Assembly (NCBI RefSeq): GCF_052425735.1
Contig: NC_135763.1
Span: 33,666,001-33,730,000 of the forward strand
DNA length: 64,000 bases
Direction of reading: 5' to 3'
Origin: Oculina patagonica
Lineage: Eukaryota
Position 1 is the stretch's first letter. Each line of letters begins with the position of its first letter. The position numbers and the translations under genes were made by a program. Positions 61,498-64,000 of the stretch are shown here, in pieces. Under the pieces are notes generated by a model. That model was not told where the DNA came from. It was given only the letters and a program-made list of their open reading frames with translations, and did not search any database.

Positions 61498-63314
61498 ACC
61501 ATACATCAGAACAAAGGAAATACCAAATGACATCAAGGGTAAAATCGAACCAAAACATGTATAGAAAAATTAAACAGGTCGCTAGCGTGTTTGGACTGGA
61601 GTGTTAGACGTAAGAGATTTTTTTTATCAAGACCTACTTTATAGTCTGTTAATTTCTTATCTTATAATGAATTCGGTCAATATTTTGTTAATCTTATATC
61701 CAACTCAGGCCGTTAGTGTTTTATTTTTTGACCGATATAATCTTGTCCATTATGTATATAGGTTATTCACCTGAAGGCCGTCAAGTTCCATTTCAGAGTC
61801 CAGTTGATCAGTTGCTACCCATTTCGGAGAACCTTGTGAAAACTGTCGAGACCACACTAAGGAAAATCGTTCAAAGGGCCATCACATGCAGCTTAGACAA
61901 GTTCCCCACCCTCAAACAAGCGGTCGAGGCGAAAGTCGTGAACAAAATTTTTGACACGAAACGCGACCAGACAACCCAGTTCATCAAACAGTTTCTTGAA
62001 ATGCAGAAGAAAAGTATCGACCAAGTGTTTGCACCAGTCCCCACGCCGGGCGAGATACACCTCTGGGAATCGTACCCAATGAAGGAAGGCAAATTTCATC
62101 CCTGCATGTCGTCAAAGACGATGAATCACATGAAAGACCTCGCAAAAAAGCTGTACCCTGATCAAATGGTAAAGGAGATTGAAGGTCGTGGCAATGTCCA
62201 TGGACAAACAGCGTTTTTAAACTACAAGGTAAGCATACAACACGGGTGCATATTGCACGCTTACGTACTTGCAGCTGTTTTGGATATAAGCCTCGAGCAT
62301 TCAACATGGCATGGAAATGTATATTTTATCTGAGACATGATGTTTTATTCTGTGCGATTGCTTCTTTACAGGAAAATACATTCGTCTAGCCACCTTGAAC
62401 GGAGAGGCAAGACCAATTGTTTTTGTGTGGAACATGATAATGTTTCTGTAGGTCCAGCGGCACAGACCCATCCAAAATTCTTGAAAATGTTAACCCTATC
62501 TATTGCGTGCAGTTACGTATTGGTTCTACATCGTCAAACGCCATTCTAATTTCTCACATTTTTTCTAGAGTTAAAGAACTGGTATGGTACTTTGTGTAGC
62601 CTGCGTAGCTGGCGGGAGTCGAGTGCGAGTGCTTTGCTTGCTTCGAGCGGGCGAAGCCCGCGTGCGTGAGCGGCGAAGGGGCGAAGCTGGCGGGAGTCGA
62701 GTGCGAGTGCACTCGAATCCCGCCAGGCTTGCTCCAAATTCCTCGCGGCTCCGCGGTTCCCTCTCTTTGCCGTTCGCCGGCCCGTCTCAAAGCAAGCACT
62801 CGCACTCGAATCCCGCCAGCTACGCAGGCTATACTTTGTGGTGTTGCTATGTTTTGGTTTCCCTGTGACTGGCTAGTGCATGCATTTTGCATCAGTTTCT
62901 TGAGCCAATCAGAATGTGCTGCAAATCAATAACCACAAAATAACCGGCTTTAGTTTGAAAGTCCCCTCTTACGAAATGTTTATTTTTCTTGGTATTTAGG
63001 AAAACGAGGAAATGAAGAATATAAAAAGGAATGTAGTGCGATGCTTCAACGTGCTGAAAATGAACGTCTGTGACACAGTCCCCCGTTGCATCCTGCATTT
63101 CTTCGTCACACAGTTGGTGGATGATCTTGGCCGCGCCTTGGAGAAGGAGGACTTGGTCGAGTACTTACAGGAGAGGAAGGACATCCGGGACAGGCGCAAC
63201 CTGTGTAGGAACCAGTCCCAGGCCCTGGAAAAAGCGCTTCCTTTCACCGCAGACGTGCTGGACAAACTGCTACGCATGAAACAGGGATCACCAGTAAAAG
63301 GCGGCAAGAAGTAG
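56858..63314 (+). CDS. Dynamin-superfamily (Mx-like) large GTPase, copy B; third coding exon presumably inside the N gap
   Basis: Exons 56858-57302, 58037-58369, [gap 58943-59442], 59977-60171, 61129-61264, 61762-62228, 63000-63314. Exon lengths and phases are the same as copy A; no stops or frameshifts. Confidence 0.88.
59476..59856. repeat. (GGTA)n compound microsatellite, expanded relative to copy A (38897-38915)
   Basis: Direct inspection. Confidence 0.9.
60953..61038. mobile_element. Short hairpin MITE, 9-bp TSD
   Basis: CAACCTCGTTCCCAGGGTCTCTCT ... AGAGAGACCCTGGGAACGAGGTTG; TSD CTCGATT(T/C)G; empty site in copy A at ~38216-38224. Confidence 0.85.
61443..61497. repeat. (ATTG)n microsatellite
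   Basis: Direct inspection. Confidence 0.9.
62597..62831. mobile_element. MITE, 9-bp TSD
   Basis: TIR TAGCCTGCGTAGCTGGCGGGA; TSD TACTTTGTG at 62588-62596 and 62832-62840; single copy of the site in paralog A at ~36766-36774. Confidence 0.88.
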
Positions 63315-64000
63315 CTGTGACATTTTGTTACATTGTAGCCTCATGCTCTTAAGGAAAATGCCTCACTGAAGCCGTTCCTTTGTTTTTTACCCTTAGATTT
63401 TAAGATGTGTTGTTTTTAAATCGTTTGGCAAAGAGACTCTCTAGATTCTAGTACGACATTCACCGGTGCGTGTGTGCGAGCTAGTTTGATTTATTTTTGG
63501 CAGAAAATCAATCTTGCCAACGATAACTGTCGGTAGCAATTCTATATTGCATTAAAATTTATTTTTAAATTTTCGACTATGAATTTACCAAATTCAAGTT
63601 CTCAGTCAATTTAAGCTTAAAGCAATTGTTTAGTTTTTAGTTCAAACAACTTCTAAAAGAATAAAAGAGTTTAGAAACTCAAAGAGTATTTATCAATTGA
63701 GTTCTTTCTCCAAGAAATGATGGGGTCCCTCAGCCCCGGGTGGCTAAGCAACGTAAGGTAATGGCTCATACTGACGTGACATTTCAACTTTATGATTACT
63801 CGTGTTTTATTTTGATTGAAGAATAAGAATGGTGGACCCATCGAAAGCAAACAAATAATAAACAAATCATCTTTATTCTGATCACCCCTCCCACTCTCAA
63901 AGTAATGTAATACTGATAATCAGGGGGCTTATGTGAACACAATTTTTTTTATATTTTTGGGTAAAAATCTAGAGGAGGCAAGTGCCTCGTCTTGCCTCTT

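Noticed and set aside
62372-62500. Extra exon between the last two GTPase exons
   Set aside because: Candidate acceptors give in-frame stops and are not conserved in copy A; the flanking exons already join in phase 0.

Overview
AT-rich, intron-containing animal DNA, most likely a scleractinian coral (inferred from repeat families and gene content, not proven). There are two assembly gaps (46071-46199 and 58943-59442). The left third holds PSMB6 (minus strand, 3' end outside the window) and two class-A GPCRs with single coding exons. From about 21 to 63 kb the window looks like an innate-immunity island: a soluble zf-3CxxC (RTP-like) gene; a spliced gene for a bacterial-DnaQ-like DEDDh 3'-5' exonuclease plus a 5'-truncated duplicate; and two diverging Mx/dynamin-superfamily GTPase paralogs with an atypical P-loop (GRQNMAKT). 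The main finding is that the minus-strand GTPase joins an upstream DZIP3-type HEPN RNase + coiled-coil + TRADD-N-like module in frame, through canonical GT-AG exons that include an unannotated 74-nt bridging exon. This predicts a ~1221-aa HEPN-TRADDN-dynamin fusion next to a 'plain' paralog. Many non-autonomous DNA transposons with readable TSDs are present (hAT-, MULE-, TTAA-type), along with SINE/LINE fragments.
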